A model generated the notes under the pieces. It was not told the DNA's origin. It searched no databases and saw nothing but the letters and a program-made list of their open reading frames with translations. DNA of 40,000 nt, from positions 140 to 40,139 of the forward strand of contig CALXQB010000001.1 of NCBI GenBank assembly GCA_944390445.1, written 5' to 3'. Positions 26,839 to 36,073 of this stretch are shown piece by piece. Made by a program: the position numbers and the translations under genes. This DNA is from an uncultured Clostridia bacterium (GTDB lineage: Bacteria; Bacillota; Clostridia; TANB77; CAG-508). Each line of letters begins with the position of its first letter. Position 1 is the first letter of the stretch.

Positions 26839-26884
26839 AATTTTGAGAACCTCCCTTTTTCTTTTATTATATCTATTTTTTTTG

Positions 26885-27607
26885 CTATTTGCAAGTTAAT
26901 TCTTTTACTTCTTCTTTTGTTAAATATCTCCATGTTCCTATTTTTAAATCTTTTACATGGATATTTCCTATTTTACTTCTATGAAGTGCTAATACAGGTT
27001 TTCCAATTGCTTCACACATTTTTCGAACTTGCCTGTTTCTTCCTTCATGTATGGTTATTTCTAGTCTTGTTGTTTTCTTTTCTTCCTCTTTTTTTAGTAT
27101 TTTTACTTTTGCTTTTTTTGTTAATTTTCCATCAATCATTACACCATTTTTTAACTCTTCTATTTCTTTTAAAGTAACATCTCCCTTTATGGTAACTGTG
27201 TAAGTTTTTTCAATTTCATGTTTGGGGTGTGTTACTTGGTAAACAAACTCTCCGTCATTTGTTAAAAGAATAGCTCCTGATGTATACATATCTAGCCTTC
27301 CTACTGGCACGAGTCTTACATTTTTTATTTTCACTAAATCTAACACAGTATCTCTATCAAATTGATCTTTTACAGTTGTAACATATCCAATAGGTTTATT
27401 TAATAAAATATATATCTTTTTCTCTTTTTGGTTTGTAAGTTCTTGGTCTTTGAATGTAATTTTATCTTTTGTAGGATCAATTTTTGTTCCTAATTGAGTA
27501 ACTATCGTTCCATTTACTTTTACAAGACCTTGCAGAATATATTCTTCACATTTTCTTCTAGACGCAATCCCTTTTTCTGCTAGATATTTTTGTAATCTTT
27601 CTTCCAT
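26885..27607 (-). CDS. rluB: rRNA pseudouridine synthase, RsuA/RluB family (S4 domain)
   Basis: S4 domain (RLQKYLAEKGIASRRKCEE) and catalytic GRLDMYTSG. Confidence 0.85.
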   Translation of the reverse strand: MEERLQKYLAEKGIASRRKCEEYILQGLVKVNGTIVTQLGTKIDPTKDKITFKDQELTNQKEKKIYILLNKPIGYVTTVKDQFDRDTVLDLVKIKNVRLVPVGRLDMYTSGAILLTNDGEFVYQVTHPKHEIEKTYTVTIKGDVTLKEIEELKNGVMIDGKLTKKAKVKILKKEEEKKTTRLEITIHEGRNRQVRKMCEAIGKPVLALHRSKIGNIHVKDLKIGTWRYLTKEEVKELTCK

Positions 27608-27618
27608 TTTTCTCCTTT

Positions 27619-28521
27619 CTATAAAACAGTTTCAAGTTGACCTAAAATTTCTTCAAAATATTTTGGTAGTGGAGCTATTAATTTTATTTCTTTTTGTGTA
27701 ATAGGGTGTTTAAATTCTAATTGTTTTGCATGTAGCATTTGTCCTTCTACTCCAAATTCATTTTTTCCATTGGAATATACCATGTCTCCTACAACAGGAT
27801 GTCCTATTTCTGCCATATGTACTCTAATTTGATGTGTTCTTCCTGTTTCAATTTTGACTTCTAATAGCGTATATTTTCCATACCTTTTTAAAACTTTAAA
27901 GTGTGTAATGGCTTCTTTTCCTTTTTTCGTTACCGCCATTTTTTTTCTATCTTTTGTGCTTCTTCCTATTGGCATTTGAATGGTTGCTTCGTTTTCTTGA
28001 ATGTTCCCTCTTACAAGAGCAATATAAGTTTTCTTGATTTCTTTATTTTTTAGTTGTTCACTTAATCCAATATGTGCTTTATCATTTTTGGCTACAATGA
28101 TTAGCCCTGAAGTATCCTTATCTAATCTATGTACAATTCCTGGTCTTATTTTACCCCCTATACCAGATAGGCTTCCTTTACACCTTGCCATAACTGCATT
28201 TACTAGTGTATGATCTGGATTCCCGTTTCCTGGGTGTACTACCAACCCTTTTGGTTTGTTGATAACAATTATATCATTATCTTCATAAATAATATCTAAT
28301 GGAATTTCTTGAGGTTCTAGCTCTATTTCTTCTGGTTCCTCTTCTTCTATTGAAATTTTATCTCCTATTTTTACAATGTATGAGTTTTTTTCTATTTTTC
28401 CATTTACTTTTACTTTTTCTTCTTTTATTAATTTTTGTAGTCTTGTTCTAGAGATTTCTGTTTCTTGATTTTTGATGGCTTTGTCTAACCTTTCTCCTCC
28501 TATTTTTATGGTAAATTCCAT
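27619..28521 (-). CDS. rluD: 23S rRNA pseudouridine synthase, RluD (RluA family)
   Basis: S4 domain, HRLDKDTSG and GRTHQIRVH motifs. Confidence 0.9.
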   Translation of the reverse strand: MEFTIKIGGERLDKAIKNQETEISRTRLQKLIKEEKVKVNGKIEKNSYIVKIGDKISIEEEEPEEIELEPQEIPLDIIYEDNDIIVINKPKGLVVHPGNGNPDHTLVNAVMARCKGSLSGIGGKIRPGIVHRLDKDTSGLIIVAKNDKAHIGLSEQLKNKEIKKTYIALVRGNIQENEATIQMPIGRSTKDRKKMAVTKKGKEAITHFKVLKRYGKYTLLEVKIETGRTHQIRVHMAEIGHPVVGDMVYSNGKNEFGVEGQMLHAKQLEFKHPITQKEIKLIAPLPKYFEEILGQLETVL

Positions 28522-28564
28522 TTATTTTCCTCCTAGATAATCTCTTTTCTTTAAGTGATTTTTT

Positions 28565-28594
28565 AAAGAACGGGCGATTAAAATCGCCCCTACA
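28565..28594 (+). repeat. Hairpin-CCCTACA repeat unit (twin of 8301-8331)
   Basis: AAAGAACGGGCGATTAAAATCGCCCCTACA. On the minus strand the hairpin is followed by GTTCTTTAAAAAA, downstream of tagA. Confidence 0.8.
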
Positions 28595-28626
28595 TTTTTA
28601 TAACCAAGATTTATTTATGCAACATA

Positions 28627-29394
28627 TTATTCAGCTTTTATTGGTTCAAATTTTCCTTTGGTTTTATCTTTTTTAAAAATAAGTTTTACAACATATACTG
28701 GTAAAACACTCATTCTAACAATTCTTTTGGGTTCTCTTGCTAATCTCCATAACCACTCCATCCCCATCTTTTGTATTGCTTTTGGTGCTCTTTTTATTCT
28801 TCCTGCTTCATAGTCGAAGGTACCACCTTGTCCTGTTGCTACATCTACTTTTAGTTCTTTCCTATGGTGATATATCCATTTTTCTTGTTTTGGAGCTCCC
28901 ATTGCCACAAATACAATATTGGGTTGTAATTGATTGATTTCTTCTATCACTTCTCTTTCCTTTTCTCCTTCTATGTATCCATCATGAGTTCCGACGATTT
29001 TCAGATTTGGGAAAGATTTTAAAACATTTTCTTTTGTTTTTTCTGGAATTCCTGGCATTCCTCCTAATAGATAAACCGTAAAACCTTCTTTTTCTGCCAC
29101 TCTTAGTACTTCTCTAAAATAGGCTTGTCCTGGTATTCTTTGCTTGAATTTCTTTTTTTGCATTTTTGCTCCTAACATAATCCCCACACTATCGGGAGTG
29201 GATAAGTCAGACTGTTGCAAAATGTCAAAGAATTCCTTATCTTTGTTGGCTTTCATAACAAATTCTGTATTGGGTGCAAATATCATTTTACATGTTTTAT
29301 GACTCTCTAATATAAGTCTTTTAGTAATTTCTCCTGATTCCTCTAACGTAATATTGTCTATTGGCACACCTAAAATGGTAATTTGTTCTCTCAA
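28627..29394 (-). CDS. tagA: WecB/TagA/CpsF-family glycosyltransferase
   Basis: ILGVPIDNITLEE start, GAPKQEKW and MEWLWRL motifs typical of TagA/WecG. Confidence 0.8.
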   Translation of the reverse strand: MREQITILGVPIDNITLEESGEITKRLILESHKTCKMIFAPNTEFVMKANKDKEFFDILQQSDLSTPDSVGIMLGAKMQKKKFKQRIPGQAYFREVLRVAEKEGFTVYLLGGMPGIPEKTKENVLKSFPNLKIVGTHDGYIEGEKEREVIEEINQLQPNIVFVAMGAPKQEKWIYHHRKELKVDVATGQGGTFDYEAGRIKRAPKAIQKMGMEWLWRLAREPKRIVRMSVLPVYVVKLIFKKDKTKGKFEPIKAE

Positions 29395-29894
29395 TTTGTT
29401 TTTCCTCCATCTTTATTTTTTATGTAATATACGGCTGTTACAATCGCTAAACTTAACCAACCTATTACAATTAAAATATCTGCTATATTAAATACTGGAA
29501 AAGAAATGATTGGCGAAAAATCTATGAAGTCTAGTACAAATCCTCTTACAATTCTATCAATTAAGTTACTAATTCCTCCTGCTAATATCATGCTTAATAT
29601 AACTTGCGTTTTTCTGTCAATTCGGTCTTTTTGTATGATCATAAACCTTATGATAATTCCTAATATGATGATATTTACTAGGACAAACATCATTGTACTA
29701 TTTTGACCTACTCCAAATGCCCCTCCTCTATTTTCTACATAGGTAAAGTTTAATACATTAGGAATGATATTTTTGATTTCTTTTCCTATATTTTCTACTA
29801 TATAAAATTTGGATATTTGGTCTATAACAATAAGCAATATCACTAATATTATAATTACATATGGTTTAAAATTCTTTTTTCCTTCGTCTTTCAT
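29391..29894 (-). CDS. lspA: Lipoprotein signal peptidase II
   Basis: NRGGAFG and FNIADILI motifs, four TM helices. Confidence 0.9.
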   Translation of the reverse strand: MKDEGKKNFKPYVIIILVILLIVIDQISKFYIVENIGKEIKNIIPNVLNFTYVENRGGAFGVGQNSTMMFVLVNIIILGIIIRFMIIQKDRIDRKTQVILSMILAGGISNLIDRIVRGFVLDFIDFSPIISFPVFNIADILIVIGWLSLAIVTAVYYIKNKDGGKTN

Positions 29895-29937
29895 TTTTTC
29901 TTTTCCTTTCTTTTGAAAATTTAATAGCGATTATTTT

Positions 29938-31566
29938 CTAATCATTTGATACATTTCTTTTATATACGCAGAAATATTTATCTGAATATAATTCTTCATA
30001 TCCTTCATCTCTACTAATAAACATGTTTAATTTTGATTTTTTATATAAAATGACATGAGTGATTTCATATTCTTTAAATTTATCTTCATAATATACCCCA
30101 AGGTTGGAGATATTCATAAAGTCTGAGAAAATATCCTTTCCTCCATTAAATTCTGGTGAATACAAGTCAGCTCGTGAATCAATAAATACTGGTATATCAT
30201 TTAATAATAAATAACTGCCATAATTATATTCGTTAAATAGACGCATGGTTTTTAAATCAATATTGTTCTTAATATATTCTGCAGCTTGTACAGGATAATT
30301 GCTTTCACTAACAAATTTATCGTCTAGTTTTGGCTTTATAATCGTCATACTACATACTACAATAATTGAAAAAGTGAGTAATGTTCCTATATATTGTGTC
30401 ACTATTTTTTCTACTCTTTCTAAAAATCCATCTGCATATTTGCTTAAGAAAGCATATATCAATCTTCCTAAAACAGGTACACATAGCAAATATACAAGCG
30501 ACATTTGTCTTCTACTACTAAATGCAAGTAAAACTAATCCTCCCAAAAGGAAACCGGCTTTTAAACGAATTTTTGTGTCTGTAAACATTAAAATTGCAAT
30601 ATAAACAATTAGTAAAACTAAGAATTCTTTTGAATTAATTAATGTTAGAGGCAAATGTTCATTAATATTCTCTGTTGTGTTTCCTTCCATAGTTTTTACT
30701 AAATAAGTATATGGAGTATCTCCTAAAGGTGTTAAAAGTCCTGTTAATACACAAATAAGCATTATAATGATTAACCATTTTGCCTGATCATTTTGTACAA
30801 CATTAATTTTGTAGCTTTTACTTCTTGATTTTTTTACTCTCTCATCAAAATTATCAATACTTTTTTGTAGCTTTTCTATCTTTTCTGTGTATTTCTTAAC
30901 TTTTTCTTCCTCTACCCCCTTCTCCAATTTCTTTTTTAATATGGAAATTTGCTTTTTACTAACGATTGGTGAAACTTTCCCAGCAATAGATACAAGATAT
31001 TCACCAATATATGGTAAATAAAGGACGAAATAAAATGGCCATACTGCTACATGGAGATTAGCAATTAGTATCGAAATAGCGATTAGGAAAATAGGATATC
31101 TTTTCTTTTTGGTTTCTAAGAACATTTCGATAAAATATATGGTTAATACAAATAAAATAAAGGTAACTAATTGTGCTCTTGCTGTAATAAAGGATTTGGC
31201 CAAATAAATCGCTGCAATTGTTAGTACAAAAGCAATTACTCTATTCTGAATTAATTTTTTACTTGTAAAATAAAGTACCAAACCTAATATACATGTTAAA
31301 AGAATGGTTGCTACATAGATTCCTGCATAACCAAAAACATTATAAATCAGAAAGGTAAGTACGTCATATAACCAGTGTGGATAGGTATATGGTAAGTCTT
31401 CATGCCATGAAAATGGATCCATATGCGTAATTCCATTTTCCATGATATATTCTCCTATTTTAATTGTATAAAACGTGTCATTTTGAAAAATGACTGGTGT
31501 AATTGCGATACAAAAGATTAGAATACAAATAACTGCAATTACACTAAATTTTGTTCCTTGTTTCAT
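29938..31566 (-). CDS. Polytopic membrane protein, possibly a GT-C-type glycosyltransferase or polymerase
   Basis: Start MKQGTKF after AGAGGAG. More than 10 TM helices, a charged coiled-coil insert and a soluble C-terminal domain. Function is only a guess. Confidence 0.5.
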   Translation of the reverse strand: MKQGTKFSVIAVICILIFCIAITPVIFQNDTFYTIKIGEYIMENGITHMDPFSWHEDLPYTYPHWLYDVLTFLIYNVFGYAGIYVATILLTCILGLVLYFTSKKLIQNRVIAFVLTIAAIYLAKSFITARAQLVTFILFVLTIYFIEMFLETKKKRYPIFLIAISILIANLHVAVWPFYFVLYLPYIGEYLVSIAGKVSPIVSKKQISILKKKLEKGVEEEKVKKYTEKIEKLQKSIDNFDERVKKSRSKSYKINVVQNDQAKWLIIIMLICVLTGLLTPLGDTPYTYLVKTMEGNTTENINEHLPLTLINSKEFLVLLIVYIAILMFTDTKIRLKAGFLLGGLVLLAFSSRRQMSLVYLLCVPVLGRLIYAFLSKYADGFLERVEKIVTQYIGTLLTFSIIVVCSMTIIKPKLDDKFVSESNYPVQAAEYIKNNIDLKTMRLFNEYNYGSYLLLNDIPVFIDSRADLYSPEFNGGKDIFSDFMNISNLGVYYEDKFKEYEITHVILYKKSKLNMFISRDEGYEELYSDKYFCVYKRNVSND

Positions 31567-31606
31567 GGCTTGTCTCCTCTTATCATCTATTTTTTCTATT
31601 ATATAT

Positions 31607-31643
31607 AAAAAATCCAAAAAAGTATAGCTTTTTTGGATTTTTT
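31607..31643 (-). terminator. Terminator after the SSB-like gene
   Basis: AAAAAATCCAAAAAAG-TATA-GCTTTTTTGGATTTTTT. Confidence 0.75.
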
Positions 31644-31660
31644 ATTTAAATTGTATTTTT

Positions 31661-32383
31661 TTATATTGCTTCTTGATTTTCAGTTTGTTCTTCTTTTACA
31701 GCATTTCCTTCTTCATTGATTACTTCTAAGCTTATAATAGAAACTTCATAAGCAACTCTTTGTTCAGATGTACCATCTTCGAATTTCTTTTCATAAGTTC
31801 TAGATTGTACTCTTCCTGTTATTTTAATTCTTGTTCCTACTTCTACGTTTTGGCAAAATCTTGCATTTCTTCCCCATGCGATACAAGGAATATAATCAGA
31901 TTTACTGTAAGACCTATTTACTGCTAATAAGATATCTGATATTTCTCTTCCAAATGGTGTTTGTCTATAGATAGGTTTTTTACAAATATAACCTTGTAAT
32001 ACTACTTCGTTTGAATTTGCTTCTTTCTTAACAACACCGTCTTCAATAATTTCTTCTCTTGGTGTAATCTCTTTTGCAAATACAGTAAGAATTAATTTAC
32101 TTTTTTCGTTTTCATACCCATTGTAGGATCTAAATTGTCCTTCTACTAAAATTTTGTTTCCAATGCTTAAATCTGTTTCCATAATTAATCTTTCAGATAC
32201 CGTAATAGGAATAATATCTGAGATATCACTTAATCTTGGAACATCTAGATTAAATATGTAGAATCTCTCCCCATAGATTTCATGACTAAATTTTTTTTCA
32301 CTTGCTACTTTTCCTATTAATACCAAGTGATTGTTTTCTGTATAGTTTGTAATCAATTTCATTTCCTCCTTATATTTATCCAT
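31661..32383 (-). CDS. SSB-family protein with two tandem OB folds
   Basis: The second half matches the SSB pattern (LAVNR, DYIPCIAWGRNA, GRVQSRTYEK). The first half is a more diverged OB fold. Confidence 0.65.
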   Translation of the reverse strand: MDKYKEEMKLITNYTENNHLVLIGKVASEKKFSHEIYGERFYIFNLDVPRLSDISDIIPITVSERLIMETDLSIGNKILVEGQFRSYNGYENEKSKLILTVFAKEITPREEIIEDGVVKKEANSNEVVLQGYICKKPIYRQTPFGREISDILLAVNRSYSKSDYIPCIAWGRNARFCQNVEVGTRIKITGRVQSRTYEKKFEDGTSEQRVAYEVSIISLEVINEEGNAVKEEQTENQEAI

Positions 32384-32476
32384 TGTGTGTTCGTTATTTT
32401 GTAATTGGTATTTAATGGTATGGTTACCATCCTATGCTATTATACTACTTTTTTTGTGTTTTGTCTACATAAAATG

Positions 32477-32989
32477 TTAATTTTTTTCATTTTTTTGTAT
32501 TTTTAGCTGATATAAAAGGCATATTGTCCCTATTACCATATCTACATACTTATTGGAACTGCTATTTTTTATTGCAATTTCCTGTTGTTCAATTTCTTTT
32601 TGTCTAATTGTTTTAATATTTCTTTGTATACATAATAATGTATTATCTTCTTCTACACTAGATGCCGTTATAGTTGCTTTTGAATTAAAACCATAAGTAA
32701 TGACAATGGCATTTAAATCTTTTATATTATCAAAATTGTTATTTACATCCATGTTTAATAAAATATATTTTGTTTCTTTTAATAGATGATTTGTTTCTTC
32801 TTTATATTCAATAGGTAACATCTCATCAATAATAACTGTTTCTAATTTTATATTTTTTAGATTTTTTATGCTTTTTTCATTAATTGTTATGATTTCACTA
32901 TTGATATCATTTTCTTTAAATTTTTTATTCAATTTATGGATAATTTCTGTTTCATTATGTTTTTCTGACATAATACCAATTAAAGGCAT
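32477..32989 (-). CDS. Hypothetical 170-aa protein
   Basis: Start MPLIGIM preferred because GAAGGAGAG lies within the longer ORF. VITYGFNSKATITASS faintly resembles a Mur-ligase segment. Not assigned. Confidence 0.5.
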   Translation of the reverse strand: MPLIGIMSEKHNETEIIHKLNKKFKENDINSEIITINEKSIKNLKNIKLETVIIDEMLPIEYKEETNHLLKETKYILLNMDVNNNFDNIKDLNAIVITYGFNSKATITASSVEEDNTLLCIQRNIKTIRQKEIEQQEIAIKNSSSNKYVDMVIGTICLLYQLKIQKNEKN

Positions 32990-33018
32990 CGTTCTCTCCT
33001 TCATTTTATCTATTTATA

Positions 33019-33219
33019 TTATTCCATATTTTGTATGAAATATTCATTATTGTAATTTTCTATATTTTGTATGTTTTCTTCTTGGATAGAAGATGCCGCT
33101 TCAATAGCTGCCGTATTTCTTTCTTGTTTGGTGGCATTGGCAAATAAAAATAATGCTACAATAATAGAGAGTGTAATCATACAAGATATCATCTTTTCTT
33201 TTTTTAATAAAATAAGCAA
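33019..33219 (-). CDS. Small membrane-anchored hypothetical protein
   Basis: TTG start 8 nt after AGGAGGG, one TM helix. Confidence 0.45.
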   Translation of the reverse strand: MLILLKKEKMISCMITLSIIVALFLFANATKQERNTAAIEAASSIQEENIQNIENYNNEYFIQNME

Positions 33220-33282
33220 TTTAAAAACCCTCCTAAAATAAGCTAATATATTTTTATGCTTATTTTAAAAGGATTATACTTT

Positions 33283-33873
33283 TTATTTCTTATTTTTTAA
33301 TTTCTTTTTGACTTCATAATAAAATTGAATCCACGTATATATATGTTTTATTCTTACATCTCGAAAATCTTTATTAAAAATATTATCATAAATGAAGGTT
33401 TTTACACCTACATTTGCCACTTCTAGGCATTTTAATGGTTCATCATCCATAAATACATCAATGTCTAATTCTTTACACAGTTTTGCTTTGTCTTCCACTT
33501 CTACAAATAGTTGGTCATATTTTATTTCGTTTTTCTCAAGCCATTCTTTTGACTCCTCATATGGTTCATGAAACCATACCTTATTTCTACTACTGATAAT
33601 GAAAATTTTATGCCCATCTTGCCATAAATAATTTATTACTTGTTTAGCAAATGGCCTAGGAGGATAGTTTTTTTCTGCTTCATACAATCCTTCTTCAAAC
33701 CATAGTCGAAAATCGTTTTTCTCTGACCAGTTAAATATTTCTATGGTATCTCTTCCATAGGGATTAATTAAATTTTTTCCGCTTAGCTTTTCATAGTCAA
33801 ATTTTTGTCCATATGCTAATCGATTTTCGTGAGAATTGGTTAGAGTATCATCAATATCAAGACCTATATTCAT
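33283..33873 (-). CDS. HAD-superfamily hydrolase (5'(3')-deoxyribonucleotidase-like)
   Basis: DIDDTL (DxDxT) at the N-terminus and a DD motif near the C-terminus. Confidence 0.55.
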   Translation of the reverse strand: MNIGLDIDDTLTNSHENRLAYGQKFDYEKLSGKNLINPYGRDTIEIFNWSEKNDFRLWFEEGLYEAEKNYPPRPFAKQVINYLWQDGHKIFIISSRNKVWFHEPYEESKEWLEKNEIKYDQLFVEVEDKAKLCKELDIDVFMDDEPLKCLEVANVGVKTFIYDNIFNKDFRDVRIKHIYTWIQFYYEVKKKLKNKK

Positions 33874-33900
33874 TTTCTTTCCCCCTTTTTTTAATAATGC

Positions 33901-34692
33901 TCATATATCTGTTTTTTCTATTTTTTCCTTTGAAATATTAAAAATTCTTTCAGCAATTTCTCCAAATTTCTTTTCTTCCTTTGTTAAGTAAATTTTGTAG
34001 TTTCCTCTTGTTTGATTGTTTCTTAGGTTTTCTTTTTCTAATTTTTCTTTTACATATTGTGCTGTAATATATGATGGATCAATGATTTCTGCTTTATTTT
34101 GCAATGTTTCTGCTATAAACTTTTTATAGATTGGATAGTGTGTGCATCCTAATATTAATTTATCGACTTCCTTATTTTGAAAAGGTAATAAATATTCTCG
34201 AATTGCCTCCTTTATTTCTTCAATTTGTCTATCCTCTTCTGCCATAGATGCCAACAATGGGCAAGCTTTATTCCATACTTTTGCTTGTGGAATATGCTTT
34301 ACAATTTCTTTCTCCCATGCATTACTTCGAATGGTTCCTTCAGTTGCCATTACACCAATAACATCGTTTCTTCCCTTTTTCTTCATTTCTAAAATAGTAG
34401 GTTCTATAATTCCTACGATAGGAATTGCATGCCTACTTTTTACTTCTTCTAAGGCATGACTTGTTGCTGTACCACATGCAATTATAATTAACTTTACCCT
34501 TTGTTGTAAAAGAAAAGTTACATTGTTTTGGGTAAAATTAATAATTTCCTCCCTACTTTTTTCTCCATAAGGGAAATTTTTTGTATCACCTAAATAAATG
34601 AATTCTTCTTGTGGAAGCTTTTCTATTAATTGTGAAAGGATCGTAAGCCCTCCAATTCCAGAATCAAATATGCCAATTGCCCTATTATCCAC
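33901..34692 (-). CDS. murI: Glutamate racemase
   Basis: GIFDSGIGGLT, ACGTAT and GCTHYP catalytic-cysteine motifs. Confidence 0.92.
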   Translation of the reverse strand: MDNRAIGIFDSGIGGLTILSQLIEKLPQEEFIYLGDTKNFPYGEKSREEIINFTQNNVTFLLQQRVKLIIIACGTATSHALEEVKSRHAIPIVGIIEPTILEMKKKGRNDVIGVMATEGTIRSNAWEKEIVKHIPQAKVWNKACPLLASMAEEDRQIEEIKEAIREYLLPFQNKEVDKLILGCTHYPIYKKFIAETLQNKAEIIDPSYITAQYVKEKLEKENLRNNQTRGNYKIYLTKEEKKFGEIAERIFNISKEKIEKTDI

Positions 34693-35908
34693 TATTTTTC
34701 CTCCTATTTATCATTCCTCTCGCTGCTTTTTTACCAGAGGCAACTGCTCTTACTACTGTTGATTTTTTTTCTGTTAAATCCCCTCCTGCAAATATCCCGT
34801 CTTTCTCTGTCATACCGTTTTCATCTACTGTAATAAGTCCTTCTTTCGTATGAAGTCCCATGGTTTCTATCAATTGTGAATCAGGTGTTAGACCAATTGC
34901 TAAAACAATAATATCTGCTGGCAGAGTATATTCAGAATTTTCTACTTCTTTTACTTTACCTTCTTCTAGCCTTGTTTTGACACATGTTATTTCTTTTCCA
35001 GAAAAGGCAATTACTTTTGTCAAAAATACAATTTCAATTTCCTCTTTTAAACAGTCTTCCACTTCACTATTATTAGCAGGCATATTTTCTCTATCCCTTC
35101 GGTAAAGAATACATACTCTCTTGGCTCCCATTTTTTTGGCAGTTCTTGCACAGTCCATTGCTACATTTCCACCACCAATTATCATGACTTGTTTTGATAA
35201 ACAAATATTTTCTTTCTCATAATATTTTTTTAAGAAAATATCTGATGTGTATACCTCTTCTTCTCCTAAATCATATGTACTTGGTTTTCCTGCACCAATT
35301 CCTAAAAATATGTCATCATATCCTTCTTGTCTTAGTTTTTCTATTGTGATTTCTTTTCCAAACTCTATATTTGTTTTAAAAACAACTCCAGCTTTTTTTA
35401 GTCTTTGTGTAATTTCATCTATTAAATTTTTGGGTAATCTAAAATCTGGAATTCCATATCTCAAAATTCCACCTAATTCTTTTTCTTTTTCAAAAACAGT
35501 TACTCCAAAGCCTTCTTTATTTAATTCGTGTGCTACAGTTAAACCTGCTGGTCCAGAACCAATTACTGCAATTTTCCCTTCTTTTTTTGTTTGGTGAATA
35601 ATCTCTTTTCTATTTTGGGTAGCCCAATCATTTACTTCTTTTTCTAACATTCCAATAGAAACTGGTTTTCCTTTTATTCCACGCACACAACTACCTTGAC
35701 ATTGTTCTTCTTGGTAGCATACTCTACAACAAATACTACTTAAAGGATTATTATCTTGCAAAAGATCATAGGCTCCTTCTAAATCTCCTTGTTTCATTTT
35801 TTGAATAAAACCTGGTATATCTGTATGAACAGGGCAACCGTTTACACTACATGGTTTGTTTTTGCAATTTAAACATTCTTCTATTTTTTGCTGAATTTCT
35901 TTTTCCAT
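34685..35908 (-). CDS. GltD-like NAD(P)H-dependent Fe-S flavoprotein oxidoreductase
   Basis: N-terminal Cys clusters as in glutamate synthase small subunit, plus two Rossmann GxGxxG motifs (VIGSGPAG, IIGGGNVAMD). Confidence 0.8.
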   Translation of the reverse strand: MEKEIQQKIEECLNCKNKPCSVNGCPVHTDIPGFIQKMKQGDLEGAYDLLQDNNPLSSICCRVCYQEEQCQGSCVRGIKGKPVSIGMLEKEVNDWATQNRKEIIHQTKKEGKIAVIGSGPAGLTVAHELNKEGFGVTVFEKEKELGGILRYGIPDFRLPKNLIDEITQRLKKAGVVFKTNIEFGKEITIEKLRQEGYDDIFLGIGAGKPSTYDLGEEEVYTSDIFLKKYYEKENICLSKQVMIIGGGNVAMDCARTAKKMGAKRVCILYRRDRENMPANNSEVEDCLKEEIEIVFLTKVIAFSGKEITCVKTRLEEGKVKEVENSEYTLPADIIVLAIGLTPDSQLIETMGLHTKEGLITVDENGMTEKDGIFAGGDLTEKKSTVVRAVASGKKAARGMINRRKNSG

Positions 35909-35947
35909 TTTTCTGCCTTTCTATTGATTATGTAATATGATTTCTTT

Positions 35948-35982
35948 ATGTAGGTCGGTTAAGTCACGCCACCCCACTACAT
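35948..35982 (+). repeat. Hairpin-CTACAT repeat unit with both TGTAG and CTACA ends
   Basis: ATGTAGGTCGGTTAAGTCACGCCACCCCACTACAT followed by GTTAAAT. Confidence 0.65.
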
Positions 35983-36023
35983 GTTAAATGATTCATTTTT
36001 CATTCTGATCAATATCACATTTT

Positions 36024-36057
36024 GGGTCGGTCAAGACCGACCCCTACGATGTTAAAT
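36024..36057 (+). repeat. Hairpin-CCCTAC repeat unit
   Basis: GGGTCGGTC-AA-GACCGACCC, then CTACGATGTTAAAT. Confidence 0.7.
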
Positions 36058-36073
36058 AAATTTTATTCTATAT

